NCBI GenBank assembly: GCA_964519305.1 | Contig: CAZFHY010000012.1 | Location: 1,003 to 65,002 of the forward strand | Origin: Candidatus Undinarchaeota archaeon | GTDB taxonomy: Archaea > SpSt-1190 > JASMDC01 | DNA: 64,000 bases | Direction of reading: 5' to 3' | Part shown: positions 9,503 to 19,532 of the stretch, piece after piece | Layout of the letters: each line of letters starts with the position of its first letter | Numbering within the stretch: the first letter of the stretch is position 1 | The notes under the pieces: generated by a model | What the model saw: the letters and a program-made list of their open reading frames with translations, nothing else | What the model was told of the DNA's origin: nothing | Databases searched by the model: none | Made by a program: the position numbers and the translations under genes

Positions 9503-10794
9503 TCGGCACGGACGGCAGCTGCAGGGACCGGACCTTCACCGGACCTGGTGCGCCATGCCACGATCGTTCCATCTTCGAGCCCGGTAAGTAGCTCGACCAT
9601 ACCGTCGCCGTCGAGGTCTGTGAGTACGAGGCTCGTGGAGAGCGTGTGATCGAGACGATCAGGACCGCCGTCCTTACCGATCAGCGACAGACCTCCGAGA
9701 ACGGGTACGAGGACCTCGTCGTCCTGGTCCCCGACAACGTCCGCGCTGACAGGGCCGCCCAGGACCGCAGCACCCAGAGGGACGGACCGTACGACGGCCC
9801 CCGTGCGGTCCAGCAAAACGAGCGTTGTTGCAGAGACCGCGGCAATACGCTCCCCACCATCGAGAGCGACAGGGCCGTGGTCGATATGGCCATCGGTGGG
9901 CGTACTCCATAGAACCTCACCAGCCCCGTCCAGCGCATGGACCATGCCTGCCTGGTCCCCTACGATTATCTCCTGTAGACTATCACCGTCGAGGTCGAGC
10001 AACAGGGGGGCGCCGGTGATCCACTCGCCGAGGGCCCGGCTCCAGCGGAGTGTACCATCGCCGTCCAGGCAGTAGACGTTGCCGTCCATCGAGCCGAACA
10101 CCAGCTCGCCCGCACCATCACCGTCCACGTCGTCCACGGCAGGGAGGGAGAGGATGTCGTCCCCGGCCTGGAACGCCCATCCGAGGGATCCGTCCACGCC
10201 GGTCCTGACGAGCAGCCCGCCATCGTAAACCGCAAAGAGCTCCGCCCGGCCATCACCGTCCAGGTCCACCTCTGCAGGGATGACTGATCCGGAGGAGAAT
10301 GGGATCAGGTTGGTGACGTTGAGATAGCTCGATCCCATGGCCAGGAGGGTCCTGTTCCCGGTCCCGTCGGTCCTCACGAGGGCAAGTGTCCCGTCCCGCG
10401 TGCCCACGACGATCACCGGTGCGTCCTCTCCTTCGAATACGGCCGCGGTCACCGCGACGGCCCCACTATCCTCCAGGGAAAGGTTCGCCAGGATCGTACC
10501 CGTGGTCCCCGAGAGCACGAGGAGGTGCTCACCGCGCGTCAAGGCCACAACGTCGACGTGCCCATCAGCGTCCAGGTCCGCAAGAGCAGGAAGTGCGTTC
10601 ACCTTCTCGCCCAAGGGGGTGCGCCACATGCTGTCGAGGTCCGGACCGGCGGACACGAGCGTAACGAGGAGGATGACGACCGTCGCGAAGAGGTAGCGCG
10701 TCACGGCACTGCACAGGGCGCTACCGTTTAAATCGGTTGCGCACACGGCGCCAGCAGCGCACATAAAAAGGTTCGGTGCGATGCTATGACGCAT
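9382..10794 (-). CDS. FG-GAP-repeat beta-propeller surface protein (signal peptide, C-terminal TM anchor)
   Basis: Repeated DxDGDG Ca-binding-like motifs (DLDGDGRAELF, DVDGDGAGELVFGS, DLDGDSLQEIIVGD, DLDGDGMVELLTG). N-terminal hydrophobic segment and C-terminal TM (FVALVLVVLLMAL). The start was taken at the internal MRHS; the first 32 codons of the listed ORF are Arg/Ser-rich. Confidence 0.6.
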   Translation of the reverse strand: MRHSIAPNLFMCAAGAVCATDLNGSALCSAVTRYLFATVVILLVTLVSAGPDLDSMWRTPLGEKVNALPALADLDADGHVDVVALTRGEHLLVLSGTTGTILANLSLEDSGAVAVTAAVFEGEDAPVIVVGTRDGTLALVRTDGTGNRTLLAMGSSYLNVTNLIPFSSGSVIPAEVDLDGDGRAELFAVYDGGLLVRTGVDGSLGWAFQAGDDILSLPAVDDVDGDGAGELVFGSMDGNVYCLDGDGTLRWSRALGEWITGAPLLLDLDGDSLQEIIVGDQAGMVHALDGAGEVLWSTPTDGHIDHGPVALDGGERIAAVSATTLVLLDRTGAVVRSVPLGAAVLGGPVSADVVGDQDDEVLVPVLGGLSLIGKDGGPDRLDHTLSTSLVLTDLDGDGMVELLTGLEDGTIVAWRTRSGEGPVPAAAVRADQTAPASPVAPGALMSSSAFVALVLVVLLMALNRMSHQAR

Positions 10795-11803
10795 GGCGCG
10801 AACCACCGTCCTCCCCCCCGGGAAGCTCGATCCCCGGCGTCTGCCCGCCCTAGTGTTCGGCGGACTGACCGAGGGCGAGGACGTCGTCATAGGACCGTCC
10901 CTGGGGGAGGACGCGGCAGCTATGCGCCTTGGCGAGGGTTATCTCGTGGCCGCATCCGATCCGATAACAGGGGCAGAAGGGCCTATCGGTCGGCTGCTGG
11001 TCCATGTCAATGCCAACGATGTTGCCACAATGGGCGCTCGACCGCAATGGTTCCTCCCCGTCGTGCTCCTTCCCGAGGGTGCCTCGGAGGACGACCTGGC
11101 ATCCATCATGGACCAGATGTCGCAAGCTGCAAAGGAGGTGGGCGCCGTGATCGTCGGCGGTCATACAGAGGTCACCCCGGGTCTGGACAGACCACTGGTG
11201 AGCGGGTGCATGCTCGGCACGACCGACAGCCTGGTATCGTCCGCAGGTATACGGGCGGGTGACGCACTCGTGCTCACAAAGGGGGCTGCCATAGAGGGCA
11301 GCTGCATCCTGGCCACCGACCGGGCCGCCGAGGTCGAGACGGCCGTGGGTCGTGAGCTGGCAGAGGAGGCGCGGAGGTACACTGACCTGATCTCCATCGT
11401 CCCGGAGGCGCAGGTCGCCGCGAAGGAAAAGTGCACCGCCATGCACGACGTCACGGAGGGTGGTGTGCTAGGTGCGCTCCACGAGCTGTGCTCGGCCGGC
11501 GGTGTCGGGTTCAGGATCGAAGTATCCCGCATCCTGGTCTCGGACGCGACCCGTGCGATCTGCGACCACTACAGCATCGATCCTCTAAAGACCATCTCGT
11601 CGGGTTCGCTCCTCGTGTCCGCATCCCCCGAGCGTGCCGAGACCATCGTTTCCGGCATCAGGGCCCTGGGCGTATGGGCCGACATCATCGGGTATGCCGT
11701 CGACCTAGACGAGGGGACGACCATGATAGATGAGAAAGGGACGGCCCATGAGGCACCATTCCCACCACAGGACCATCTCTGGACGGTCCTCGACGGAGGC
11801 TGA
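10793..11803 (+). CDS. PurM/AIR-synthase-related protein (HypE/ThiL-like fold)
   Basis: N-domain GEDAAAMRL..GYLVAASDPITG and DVATMGARP, and C-domain GGHTEV, are characteristic of the PurM superfamily. A TATA-like cacataaaaagg lies about 28 nt upstream. Confidence 0.7.
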   Translation: MARTTVLPPGKLDPRRLPALVFGGLTEGEDVVIGPSLGEDAAAMRLGEGYLVAASDPITGAEGPIGRLLVHVNANDVATMGARPQWFLPVVLLPEGASEDDLASIMDQMSQAAKEVGAVIVGGHTEVTPGLDRPLVSGCMLGTTDSLVSSAGIRAGDALVLTKGAAIEGSCILATDRAAEVETAVGRELAEEARRYTDLISIVPEAQVAAKEKCTAMHDVTEGGVLGALHELCSAGGVGFRIEVSRILVSDATRAICDHYSIDPLKTISSGSLLVSASPERAETIVSGIRALGVWADIIGYAVDLDEGTTMIDEKGTAHEAPFPPQDHLWTVLDGG

Positions 11804-11806
11804 ACA

Positions 11807-12382
11807 TTGCCGTATGCACGTTCCATTGGAGTATTGGTCGCTGTTCTGTGGTTGACCGCTTTACTGGCGTTGTCACAGGATGCGGAGATAGTGATCGCCA
11901 ACGCTCCAGATATCCCTGAGTGCGATGCCGAGGCCATCGATGCAGCACGGCAGTTCTGCTACTTCGATGCAGCAATGGAGCTGTGGCGGACCGACAGTAA
12001 AGGTGCCCTGGCGATCTGCAACGAGAGGATCACTGACGTGACCGGGCGCGACCTCTGCCGCCTCGACGTTGCATCCCATCTCCTGGGAAAGGACCTCGAC
12101 ATGGTCGTCAGCATGTGCACGACCGACTATCTTGGCCGGGAGGACGACTGCTTCAACTGGGTATGGAACAACGCTACGACCGTGCAGGCAGTGCAGCTCT
12201 ACGCACGATGGAAACCGCTGCGTACCGCGCTGGGTGTCATCATCTGCCTGTTCCTGGTCTTCAAGATCTCCCGACAGCTCAGCCCATCGCCCGATCCCTA
12301 CGCGGAGCAGATGAGACTGCAAGCGCAGCAGAGCGGGTACTACGCACAGAGCTGGCAGATGACCGGCCGACGGTACTACTGA
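11807..12382 (+). CDS. hypothetical secreted/membrane protein (N-terminal signal/TM, Cys-rich, C-terminal TM)
   Basis: ORF with a hydrophobic N-terminus (IGVLVAVLWLTALLALS) and a second TM near the C-terminus. Confidence 0.4.
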   Translation: MPYARSIGVLVAVLWLTALLALSQDAEIVIANAPDIPECDAEAIDAARQFCYFDAAMELWRTDSKGALAICNERITDVTGRDLCRLDVASHLLGKDLDMVVSMCTTDYLGREDDCFNWVWNNATTVQAVQLYARWKPLRTALGVIICLFLVFKISRQLSPSPDPYAEQMRLQAQQSGYYAQSWQMTGRRYY

Positions 12383-12533
12383 GCTTCGTCCGAGCACTCG
12401 TCTTCCGTGTCGTTGGCGATCCGCTCCTCGGCCACCGCGATGGACGACCACTTGAGCATGTCGACGACGGTCTTACGTATGAGACCGCTCTTCTCGCGTT
12501 CCTCAGGAGCTGTCCCGTCGAGCTCGGCCATGT

Positions 12534-13727
12534 TCATACCTCGTACCGCAGGATGGCGGCGATGCCCCCCAGTTCGTACAGCTGTACGCCCTCGGTCGTG
12601 TCCACGGAGATAACCTCCAGCGTCCCTCCGGTCGCCTCGGCCATGTCCGTGAGGTCCTCGACAAGGGTGACCTCCTCGACCTTCGACAAGCGTGAGGCGT
12701 CGCACTTAGGGCATCTCTGGCTCGCGAGCTTGTCATCGAAGGACGCGGGCTCTTTCACCGTCCCTTTGTACGAGAACTTGCATAGACCGCACTCGATAGT
12801 AACGCGGTTCCACCGCACTTTCTCGGAGTACAGCACAATCTCGACCGCTTTCGCCTCCAGCGCACGTCGTACCTCGGCCTCGCCGTAGGTCACCGGCTTC
12901 CCTGTGCCCAGTCGCTCGAGGAACCGGTTCATCAGATGCTTCTCGTGGGTCACCTCTGCCTCGGCGAGCACGTCCTCACTACGCTCTACAAGCTCCTTGA
13001 TACCGAAGTCGCCAGTGTAGGAGGTGTCCTTGACCGCGAGCACCTTCTCCCTTATCTCCTGACGAAGGAACTCACCGTCCATCCACCCTTCCTTTGTCGG
13101 ACCGGGCCCGCCGACGATGATCCCCTTGATATCCTGGATGTTGGCGAAGATCTCGTTGGCCGCCGCCCCTACGCGCTTGTAGAAGTCGTTGGCGAGGTTC
13201 TCGCGGACGCGCTCGAACCGGGCCGCGGACTGACCGCCGGCCCTGAACTTACCCGGCACCATGGACTTCACGTCGCGGACGATATCGATCCGCTTGCCCT
13301 TGAGGAACGCGATGGTCGCCCCACCACGGTCGAGGACCAGGAGGCCGTATGTGTCCATGAACTGGAGCATCTCGAAGAGTGGTCCCAGGATGAACCGCTG
13401 GCTGCACCGATAGAGCTTGTTGTTGATGGGGAATGGTGGGACCACGGGGAATATCTGGATGTCCTGCTGCCCCTCTCGTTCGGACACGTTCCCGCAGAAC
13501 ACGGCCATCCCGTGCTCGGGCGCCCTTGGATGGAGCCTGAGATGCTGGACTATGCGCTCAAGGGCGGAAACCACGTTCTTGCGTGTGCTCTTCGACTTGA
13601 TGTTCGTCGCAGTACCCTGCTCCTGCTTAAGTTCGTTGGAGATCTTGGCGATCTCGTAACCGGGCGGGATGTATACAGAGACGAGCTCGGTGCCCCTGCC
13701 GTGCATGCCCTTGAGCTGGTTGAGCAC
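12534..13727 (-). CDS. prf1: peptide chain release factor aRF1
   Basis: RGTELVSVYIPP N-terminal signature, NIKS-region, GGQ motif (FRAGGQSAARFERVRE), and C-terminal domain with a CxxC...CxxC zinc ribbon typical of the aRF1/eRF1 family. Confidence 0.9.
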   Translation of the reverse strand: MLNQLKGMHGRGTELVSVYIPPGYEIAKISNELKQEQGTATNIKSKSTRKNVVSALERIVQHLRLHPRAPEHGMAVFCGNVSEREGQQDIQIFPVVPPFPINNKLYRCSQRFILGPLFEMLQFMDTYGLLVLDRGGATIAFLKGKRIDIVRDVKSMVPGKFRAGGQSAARFERVRENLANDFYKRVGAAANEIFANIQDIKGIIVGGPGPTKEGWMDGEFLRQEIREKVLAVKDTSYTGDFGIKELVERSEDVLAEAEVTHEKHLMNRFLERLGTGKPVTYGEAEVRRALEAKAVEIVLYSEKVRWNRVTIECGLCKFSYKGTVKEPASFDDKLASQRCPKCDASRLSKVEEVTLVEDLTDMAEATGGTLEVISVDTTEGVQLYELGGIAAILRYEV

Positions 13728-13876
13728 GGCACGGAACCGCAGAAGCTCCTTCTGGTCGACCTTGATCGCAGAACCCTCCGGGGCAGCCCTTTCCAGTCAA
13801 CCTTATAAATCGTTGGCTCGGGTCGGGCCCGCGCGCATAAGTAAGGCTTATGTATTTTTACGCAGGAGCCCTGACC

Positions 13877-14080
13877 ATGTCCAAGCTCAAAGGCGTGTTC
13901 GACGCTCTCTTCGCCATGGCGGTCACCGTAACGGTCCTGGACTGCATGGACAGGATCGCGGCGCTCACCGACAGCATCGAGGCACGGGAGAAGCAGATGA
14001 AGATGCTCTCCATCCACGACGAGATCCTCCAGAAGCGGACCGCCGACATGGCCACCCGCTTAGAGAAGCTCGAGAAGTAG
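13877..14080 (+). CDS. small coiled-coil hypothetical protein
   Basis: ORF MSKLKGVFDALFAMAV...RLEKLEK; the start was chosen at the internal ATG. There is a cataag-taagg-cttatg palindrome immediately upstream. Confidence 0.3.
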   Translation: MSKLKGVFDALFAMAVTVTVLDCMDRIAALTDSIEAREKQMKMLSIHDEILQKRTADMATRLEKLEK

Positions 14081-14152
14081 TCCAACGGGCACCACTCCAT
14101 CGCCCCCGGCCTGCCCGACCGACATAAAAAGCTTAGCTACGTCTAAGGTCAC

Positions 14153-14479
14153 ATGGCACCGCCGCTCACTCCTGAGACGATTCTCCCGCTCGTGCTCCTT
14201 ATCGCCGGGCTCGGCGTCACCCTTGCGGCCAAGACGCTGGAAGGTCTCGCCGGGACCCTCTCCACCGTGATGACGGTCATAGGTATCGCCCTCGCCGGTG
14301 CCGCCGCCGCGAAGGTCGTCCCGCCCGTAGCGCTCGTGGGCGGCGTGATCATCATCGTCGTGGGCCTTGGTATCAAGTTCTTCGTGAAGGCCAACCTATG
14401 GGCCGTCCGTATCGCAGGTATGGGCCTCATGGGGGCCGGTATCGCCCTCCTGGCACGCTCAGGGCTCCCCCTCCCTTAG
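14153..14479 (+). CDS. small hydrophobic membrane protein (3 TM)
   Basis: 108 aa, Gly/Ala/Val-rich helices. It is the first gene of an apparent three-gene membrane-protein operon. Confidence 0.4.
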   Translation: MAPPLTPETILPLVLLIAGLGVTLAAKTLEGLAGTLSTVMTVIGIALAGAAAAKVVPPVALVGGVIIIVVGLGIKFFVKANLWAVRIAGMGLMGAGIALLARSGLPLP

Positions 14480-14489
14480 GGTTGCGACC

Positions 14490-16436
14490 GTGTACGCGAT
14501 CCTCCTTGGACTGGCTGGGGCTTGCGCCTTTGGTGCCACTGCCACCGGCTCGGGCGTGCTGTGGACCTGGTCCGCGCTCTCCTTCCTCCTGGCTACATCA
14601 GTACTGGCGGCACTCCGCATCACGGGCGAGGACGACCCGGTTTCGCTCCTGGTCCACGCGTTCGCGCTTTTACTGGCCGTGGTCCCGGTGTTCCTGGCGT
14701 CCCCGGTGTTCCTGGTGATCATCGCTCTCCTCCTGACGCCCACCCTCGCCAGCGACCGGCCCCGTAGCAGGGACCGACAGGCGTACCGCTCGCTTGTCGT
14801 CCTCCTCGTGGTAGCGCTGATGATCGGTGCCCACTCGCTGAGGAGCTTCACCCCCATCGCCACCGGCGACGACCACTCGCTGTGCCGCGTACCCGGCCAG
14901 CGCAACAGACCATGCAACGATGCCGATGCGGGCATGCTCCGGGTGAGCTCCTGGATGACCTTCTATCACCCCGACATCCTCTACTACCTGGGGATCGTCT
15001 CCCAGATGGCCGCATCGGGCGAGCGCACCTACACCCATCCCCAGTTCGGCGGCAGGACCATCCCATACCCACCGGGCTACTTCGCCTTCTACGCGGCCTT
15101 CACCCGGTTCGACATCCCCGTCCAGGACGTGGCCCGGGCATTGCCGCCGGTGTTCACCTTCATGGTGCTCGCCTCGCTCCTCCACTGCTTTTCCTTCTTC
15201 ACGGGTCGCCGTTACCAGGCGCTCCTGGCCACCTTGCTGTCCCTGGGCACCTTCGTTACACACACTGCATGGAACAACCTGTACAGCTACTACCCTTACC
15301 TCCACTGGTTCAAGGGGACGCCCCTCGGTGTCGAGGCCATGTTCATGACCCCGCAGCAGGCAGGGCTGTTCCTCATACCTCTGTGCGTCGTGCTCTTCCA
15401 GCGGACGTTCCGCGACCGGACGCTGACGTCGGCCGTTCTGCTGGGTCTCTATACGGGCACGCTCCTAAACTACCACGTGCTCTCGGCGCTCCTCATGACC
15501 GTCGCCCTTCTGCCATCGGCCGTCCACAAGGCCTATCGTGGCCGTCCCGTGGCCGGGCTGGTGGTAGCGATCGTTGTGGCGTCCCTGGTCGCGTACACAT
15601 ACCTTGCCCAGGTCGGGCCCTCGTCGTCGAAGTTCATCGAGCGCCGACGGTGGTACTCCAAGGAGCCGCGCGAGTACCTCCAGCAGTTCGGCATCGCCGG
15701 GGTGTTGGCCCTGTTCGGCACGTACGGATGGTGGCGCCGACGTCACGAACTGGAGGAGCAGGCCCACCTGCTGACGGACGGCACCATGGTCCTCCCGCCC
15801 CCGTCGGGAGGCACCTTCCTCCTCTGGGCCGTGGGCTCGCTCGTGTTCATCAACGCGTTCACCCTCACCCAAACCCACGACATCGACCGTGTGATGACGC
15901 TCTTGTGCATCCCTGTCGGTTTCTTCGCATCCTTCCCCCTCCACGCCTGGGCCTCACGGCACGAGCGGACGGCGCGAGTGGTCGTCCCCCTGCTGCTGGT
16001 CCTCAACTCGCTGGTGCTCGTCAAGATCGCCCACGTGCTGTCAGTGATGCACGTCGCCCATCCGCCCGTGGACGAGATGTGCGGGCTGCTCACCGACAGG
16101 CTGGAACAGGGTGCCACCGTGCTCGTCGCGAACCATGAGCATGCCCGTGGGTACGAGCTGGTGACCGCCCTGTGCGGGTTCCCGGCATGGGTGGGGAACG
16201 AGCATCTGGCGCTCACGTGGAGGCTAGTCTGGAGCGAGCGCATGAAGCTCTACGAACGCGTGCTCGACGATCCCCTGGAGCACTGCGACCACGCACACGC
16301 CGAGGGCATCGCCGCCTTCGTGCTACCGCCGAGACTGTGGCCCGGGGAGGATATGGACGTGTGGCACACGACCGAATATTACGTCGTGGGCGACTGTATC
16401 GAGGCCCGGGAGCACGCGGGGCCGCCAGTAATTTAA
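14490..16436 (+). CDS. large polytopic membrane protein (648 aa), possibly a GT-C-type glycosyltransferase
   Basis: More than 12 predicted TM helices with an acidic EDD in the first loop. It has no WWDYG motif, so it is not AglB/STT3. The ORF is continuous in a GC-rich background. Confidence 0.5.
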   Translation: MYAILLGLAGACAFGATATGSGVLWTWSALSFLLATSVLAALRITGEDDPVSLLVHAFALLLAVVPVFLASPVFLVIIALLLTPTLASDRPRSRDRQAYRSLVVLLVVALMIGAHSLRSFTPIATGDDHSLCRVPGQRNRPCNDADAGMLRVSSWMTFYHPDILYYLGIVSQMAASGERTYTHPQFGGRTIPYPPGYFAFYAAFTRFDIPVQDVARALPPVFTFMVLASLLHCFSFFTGRRYQALLATLLSLGTFVTHTAWNNLYSYYPYLHWFKGTPLGVEAMFMTPQQAGLFLIPLCVVLFQRTFRDRTLTSAVLLGLYTGTLLNYHVLSALLMTVALLPSAVHKAYRGRPVAGLVVAIVVASLVAYTYLAQVGPSSSKFIERRRWYSKEPREYLQQFGIAGVLALFGTYGWWRRRHELEEQAHLLTDGTMVLPPPSGGTFLLWAVGSLVFINAFTLTQTHDIDRVMTLLCIPVGFFASFPLHAWASRHERTARVVVPLLLVLNSLVLVKIAHVLSVMHVAHPPVDEMCGLLTDRLEQGATVLVANHEHARGYELVTALCGFPAWVGNEHLALTWRLVWSERMKLYERVLDDPLEHCDHAHAEGIAAFVLPPRLWPGEDMDVWHTTEYYVVGDCIEAREHAGPPVI

Positions 16437-16439
16437 TCC

Positions 16440-17573
16440 TTGGTGTACTACGGACATCCCATGGATGACGGTTCATCGACCACGACCCTCACCTCCACGT
16501 CCTTCGGCCAGCGGCTCGTAGGATTGTTCTTCGCAGGGTTCGCATCCATTTTCTTCATCGTAGGTATCGGTGCCGCGCTGTTCGCCGAGAACGGACCGCC
16601 CATATTCTTCCTCATACCCTTCCTCGCTATACCCGGATTGTTCTTGCTCATCGGGCTCTACCTCCTGCTATCGACCGAGGAGGTCATCGTCGACCGTGGT
16701 CGGAGAGAGATACATATTGTATCCCGGGTCCCGCTCTACACCCTTAGCGACGATTGTGTACGGTTCGGCCTCATCCAGGGCATCACCATCCAGCGGGAGA
16801 TCCGCATCCACCACTCGAACAAGGGTGGTAGCAGCAGGTACGAGGTATGGGTGCTCTACCTCCAGCTCGCCTCGGGTGAGAAGAAGAAGCTGTCCGAGTC
16901 GTCCAGCGAGGTCGAGATCAGGGGCCGGTCCGAGGCACTCGCCAAGGCCACCTACCGGCCGATCATCGACAACTGCACGAGCCCCCCCACGATACGCCAG
17001 TACGATGAACTTGACATCCCCGCGTCCGAGAGCCTAAGACGGGAGGATTTCGAGCGCGTGTACCAGCTCCCACAGGGCCACCCTGTGGCCGAGACGCATC
17101 TCGCCGAGGCAGTAGTGTTCACGTGGTCCATGCGCAATCCTGTCATCGGTACGTTCCTGCTCATCTTCGCGATCATCTGGCTCGGTGGCCTTATCTCCGG
17201 TCCGGGTGCCGGGATCGCGATCGCGCTGAATGCGGGAACTGTGTTCGCTGCGTTCTTTGCCGTGTTCATGCTCCCATTCCTTGCCGCTGGACTGTTCTTG
17301 CTGGGGGCGGGCCTGCTCATGTTCGCAGGCGAGCAGGTGCTCGAGGTGTCGGCCCGCGCGGTCAGCCTCACCACTCGTCTCTATGTCCCCATCCGCACGA
17401 GGACCGTTTCTACCAACGCCATCGAGGAGGTACGGAAGGTCAAGCGCATGGGCGGGCCGGCCGTCGAACTGGTTTCCGACGAGGAGGTGCTCACCCTCCA
17501 GGGGATGGGGAGCATCAAGGACGTGACCGTTATGGAGGACAGGCTCAAGACGGCGCTGGTGTACCGACGATAG
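16440..17573 (+). CDS. membrane protein, hypothetical (two TM-rich regions flanking a soluble domain)
   Basis: 377-aa ORF directly following the previous gene. Confidence 0.45.
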   Translation: MVYYGHPMDDGSSTTTLTSTSFGQRLVGLFFAGFASIFFIVGIGAALFAENGPPIFFLIPFLAIPGLFLLIGLYLLLSTEEVIVDRGRREIHIVSRVPLYTLSDDCVRFGLIQGITIQREIRIHHSNKGGSSRYEVWVLYLQLASGEKKKLSESSSEVEIRGRSEALAKATYRPIIDNCTSPPTIRQYDELDIPASESLRREDFERVYQLPQGHPVAETHLAEAVVFTWSMRNPVIGTFLLIFAIIWLGGLISGPGAGIAIALNAGTVFAAFFAVFMLPFLAAGLFLLGAGLLMFAGEQVLEVSARAVSLTTRLYVPIRTRTVSTNAIEEVRKVKRMGGPAVELVSDEEVLTLQGMGSIKDVTVMEDRLKTALVYRR

Positions 17574-17599
17574 GGCGCTCTTGCATAGCAACTTAAAGG

Positions 17600-17839
17600 T
17601 TGTATCCGTTACATTCTCCGATGGAGAAGCTCGAGCTCATCGCGTTCCTCAACGAGGCATTCATGGTCGAGGAGGTGGAGGTGGGCGTCAAGATAGGCGC
17701 TCTAATCGAATCGGTCCTCTGCGCGCCTATAGATAATGGCTCCAAGAAGGAGATGGTGATCAGGCTCAAAACCCTTATGAGCGAGAGCCAGTACCACTCA
17801 CGCGCGATCTCACAGCTCATCAAGCACGAGGTGGGCTGA
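17600..17839 (+). CDS. small alpha-helical protein, partner A of paralogous cassette 1
   Basis: 79 aa. It is a paralogue of 19308..19532 (shared pattern L.FLNEA.-VEE-E..VK...LIE.V...PI.....KEM..RL.TL..E...HS...S). Its stop overlaps the start of the next gene (ATGA). Confidence 0.5.
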   Translation: MYPLHSPMEKLELIAFLNEAFMVEEVEVGVKIGALIESVLCAPIDNGSKKEMVIRLKTLMSESQYHSRAISQLIKHEVG

Positions 17840-18579
17840 TGGGAGATGCAACAGACGCGCTGGTCGCCCGGTTCAAGGAGATCCGCGAACTGGAACAGAC
17901 GGCGTATGACTTCTACACGTCCCACATCGACCAGATGGACGATCCTAAGATGCGCGCTGTGGTCGAGGCCATCGCTGAAGAGGAGGCCCGGCACGTTAAG
18001 ATCGCCAACGAGCTCATCGCTCTGGCTATCGCCGCGTCAGAGACGGGTGTATCCTCCTACGATGAGGGGGGCTCGGAGGATATCGGCGATGCCCTCAGGG
18101 GGGCGAAGAGCCCGTTCGCTCTCATAGCCCATGGCGAACTGAGTTCTTACTACCGGGCGACATCGAGCATCATCGAGTCGTCCATGAGGATGGGGCGGAA
18201 GGTGCTCTACCTCTCGCTCAACAAGTCCGCGGACCGCATCGAGACAGCATTACGGGACGTAGGGACGCTCATCGGCGACGTTACGTTCATGGATACATCG
18301 ACTACCAAGGACGGACGTCCCCTGGATACTAAAGACCTCGTCGGTCTCTCCATCGAGGTCGTCAAGGCCCTTGAGGACCACAACGTTGTCATTGTCGACG
18401 CGCTGTCCACTCTCTCGATCTATCACCCACTGAACGACATCCGTCGGTTCGCCCACAACCTCATCACTGTGATCAAGGACCGTGAGGCTGATATTGCGTT
18501 CCTCGACCTCGAGCCCGAGGGGAAGCTAAGTCAGGATGCGACGCTCGCCTCGCTCATGGACGTCGTAGTGAATGTGTAG
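17839..18579 (+). CDS. two-domain protein: N-terminal helical domain with E..H motif + C-terminal degenerate RecA/KaiC-like domain lacking Walker A (partner B of cassette 1)
   Basis: N-terminus ELEQTAYDFYTSHIDQMDDPKMRAVVEAIAEEEARH. The C-terminus shows beta-strand/helix alternation reminiscent of KaiC/RadA-like domains (KVLYLSLNK...VVIVDALSTLSIYH...DIAFLDLEP) but has no GxxxxGK[ST]. It is a paralogue of 19532..20281. Confidence 0.55.
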   Translation: MGDATDALVARFKEIRELEQTAYDFYTSHIDQMDDPKMRAVVEAIAEEEARHVKIANELIALAIAASETGVSSYDEGGSEDIGDALRGAKSPFALIAHGELSSYYRATSSIIESSMRMGRKVLYLSLNKSADRIETALRDVGTLIGDVTFMDTSTTKDGRPLDTKDLVGLSIEVVKALEDHNVVIVDALSTLSIYHPLNDIRRFAHNLITVIKDREADIAFLDLEPEGKLSQDATLASLMDVVVNV

Positions 18580-18583
18580 GAGC

Positions 18584-19219
18584 TCAGCCTGAGAGCCGCC
18601 CTTTCGCCCATTCACCGAACGACCGTCCGAACGCCTCGGCATCATCCCGTCGCGCCTCGACCTCGTCGTCCTTCACCCACAGCTCGCGGTCGAACGTGGT
18701 CATTCGAACGTCCGTTAGCCCGCGTGTGATGATGACGTCCTCTCCCTTCAGCTCCCAGCCATAGGTACCGAAACCGCCAGCGGGTCGACCTGCCAGGGCG
18801 GTAATCTGCATATTCCCGAGTAGTCCCTTGATAGCCTCGGAGATGTTCTCGAACTGGCTGGGCGAGCCCAGGAGCACAGCATCGGCCAAGAGCACCTCGG
18901 GCATCGTCTCGCCGGAGGCCTCCAGCACCGCTACCGAGCACTCCGTCTGGCGGACGCCATCGGCGATGGCCCTTGCCAGCGCGGCCGTACGCCCGCTAAC
19001 GCTGTCGTACAGGACCAGCACACGTGGCGGCCCCTTGCGCGAATGCTCCAGGGTGACGGCGTACTCCAGGCACGCCCGGATACATGCTTCGCATTCGGTG
19101 CAGTCCACGGGCCGCATGACGACGCCCTTGCCATCGATGAAGTCGAACACACGGGTAGGGCACACTGACACACAGGTACCCGCTCCCGTGCATCTCCTGT
19201 AGTCGATCCGCGGGGGCAT
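18584..19219 (-). CDS. 2x[4Fe-4S] ferredoxin domain fused to a flavodoxin-like (NADPH-dependent FMN reductase/WrbA-like) domain
   Basis: N-terminus CTGAGTCVSVCP and CTECEACIRAC. This is followed by RVLVLYDSVSGRTAALARAIADGV...LLGSPSQFENIS, a flavodoxin-type FMN-binding pattern. Confidence 0.75.
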   Translation of the reverse strand: MPPRIDYRRCTGAGTCVSVCPTRVFDFIDGKGVVMRPVDCTECEACIRACLEYAVTLEHSRKGPPRVLVLYDSVSGRTAALARAIADGVRQTECSVAVLEASGETMPEVLLADAVLLGSPSQFENISEAIKGLLGNMQITALAGRPAGGFGTYGWELKGEDVIITRGLTDVRMTTFDRELWVKDDEVEARRDDAEAFGRSFGEWAKGRLSG

Positions 19220-19307
19220 TGGCGTGTCGATGGACGGGAACTGATAAAAGTGTGACCTGCGGGGCCGGAAAGTCGTTTATTTATCTCTTGTCCCTTTAAC
19301 ATCCTCT

Positions 19308-19532
19308 ATGGCTACGGGCGATAAAGAACTCGCTATGTTCCTCAACGAGGCCCTCCTCGTGGAGGACCTGGAGGCGGCCGTCAAGGTCAGCAGCCTCATC
19401 GAGCGAGTCACGCTATCGCCCATAGAGGACGAGTTGAAGATGGAGATGCTCACCCGGCTCAACACCCTCCTGCGCGAGACTCATGCCCACTCTTTGGTAT
19501 TCTCCAAGGCCCTGAAGGAGGTGCTGAGCTGA
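19308..19532 (+). CDS. small alpha-helical protein, partner A of paralogous cassette 2
   Basis: 74 aa, paralogue of 17600..17839. Its stop overlaps the next start. Confidence 0.5.
   Translation: MATGDKELAMFLNEALLVEDLEAAVKVSSLIERVTLSPIEDELKMEMLTRLNTLLRETHAHSLVFSKALKEVLS

Noticed and set aside
12115-13808. Plus-strand ORFs of 257 and 290 aa
   Set aside because: They are antisense to the aRF1 gene, whose identity is unambiguous.
14882-16138. 418-aa Arg/Pro-rich plus-strand ORF in another frame
   Set aside because: It lies inside the 648-aa membrane protein gene. Its composition (RPGR repeats) is a GC-frame artefact.
18642-18941. 99-aa Arg/Gly-rich minus-strand ORF
   Set aside because: It is an alternative frame inside the ferredoxin-flavodoxin gene.
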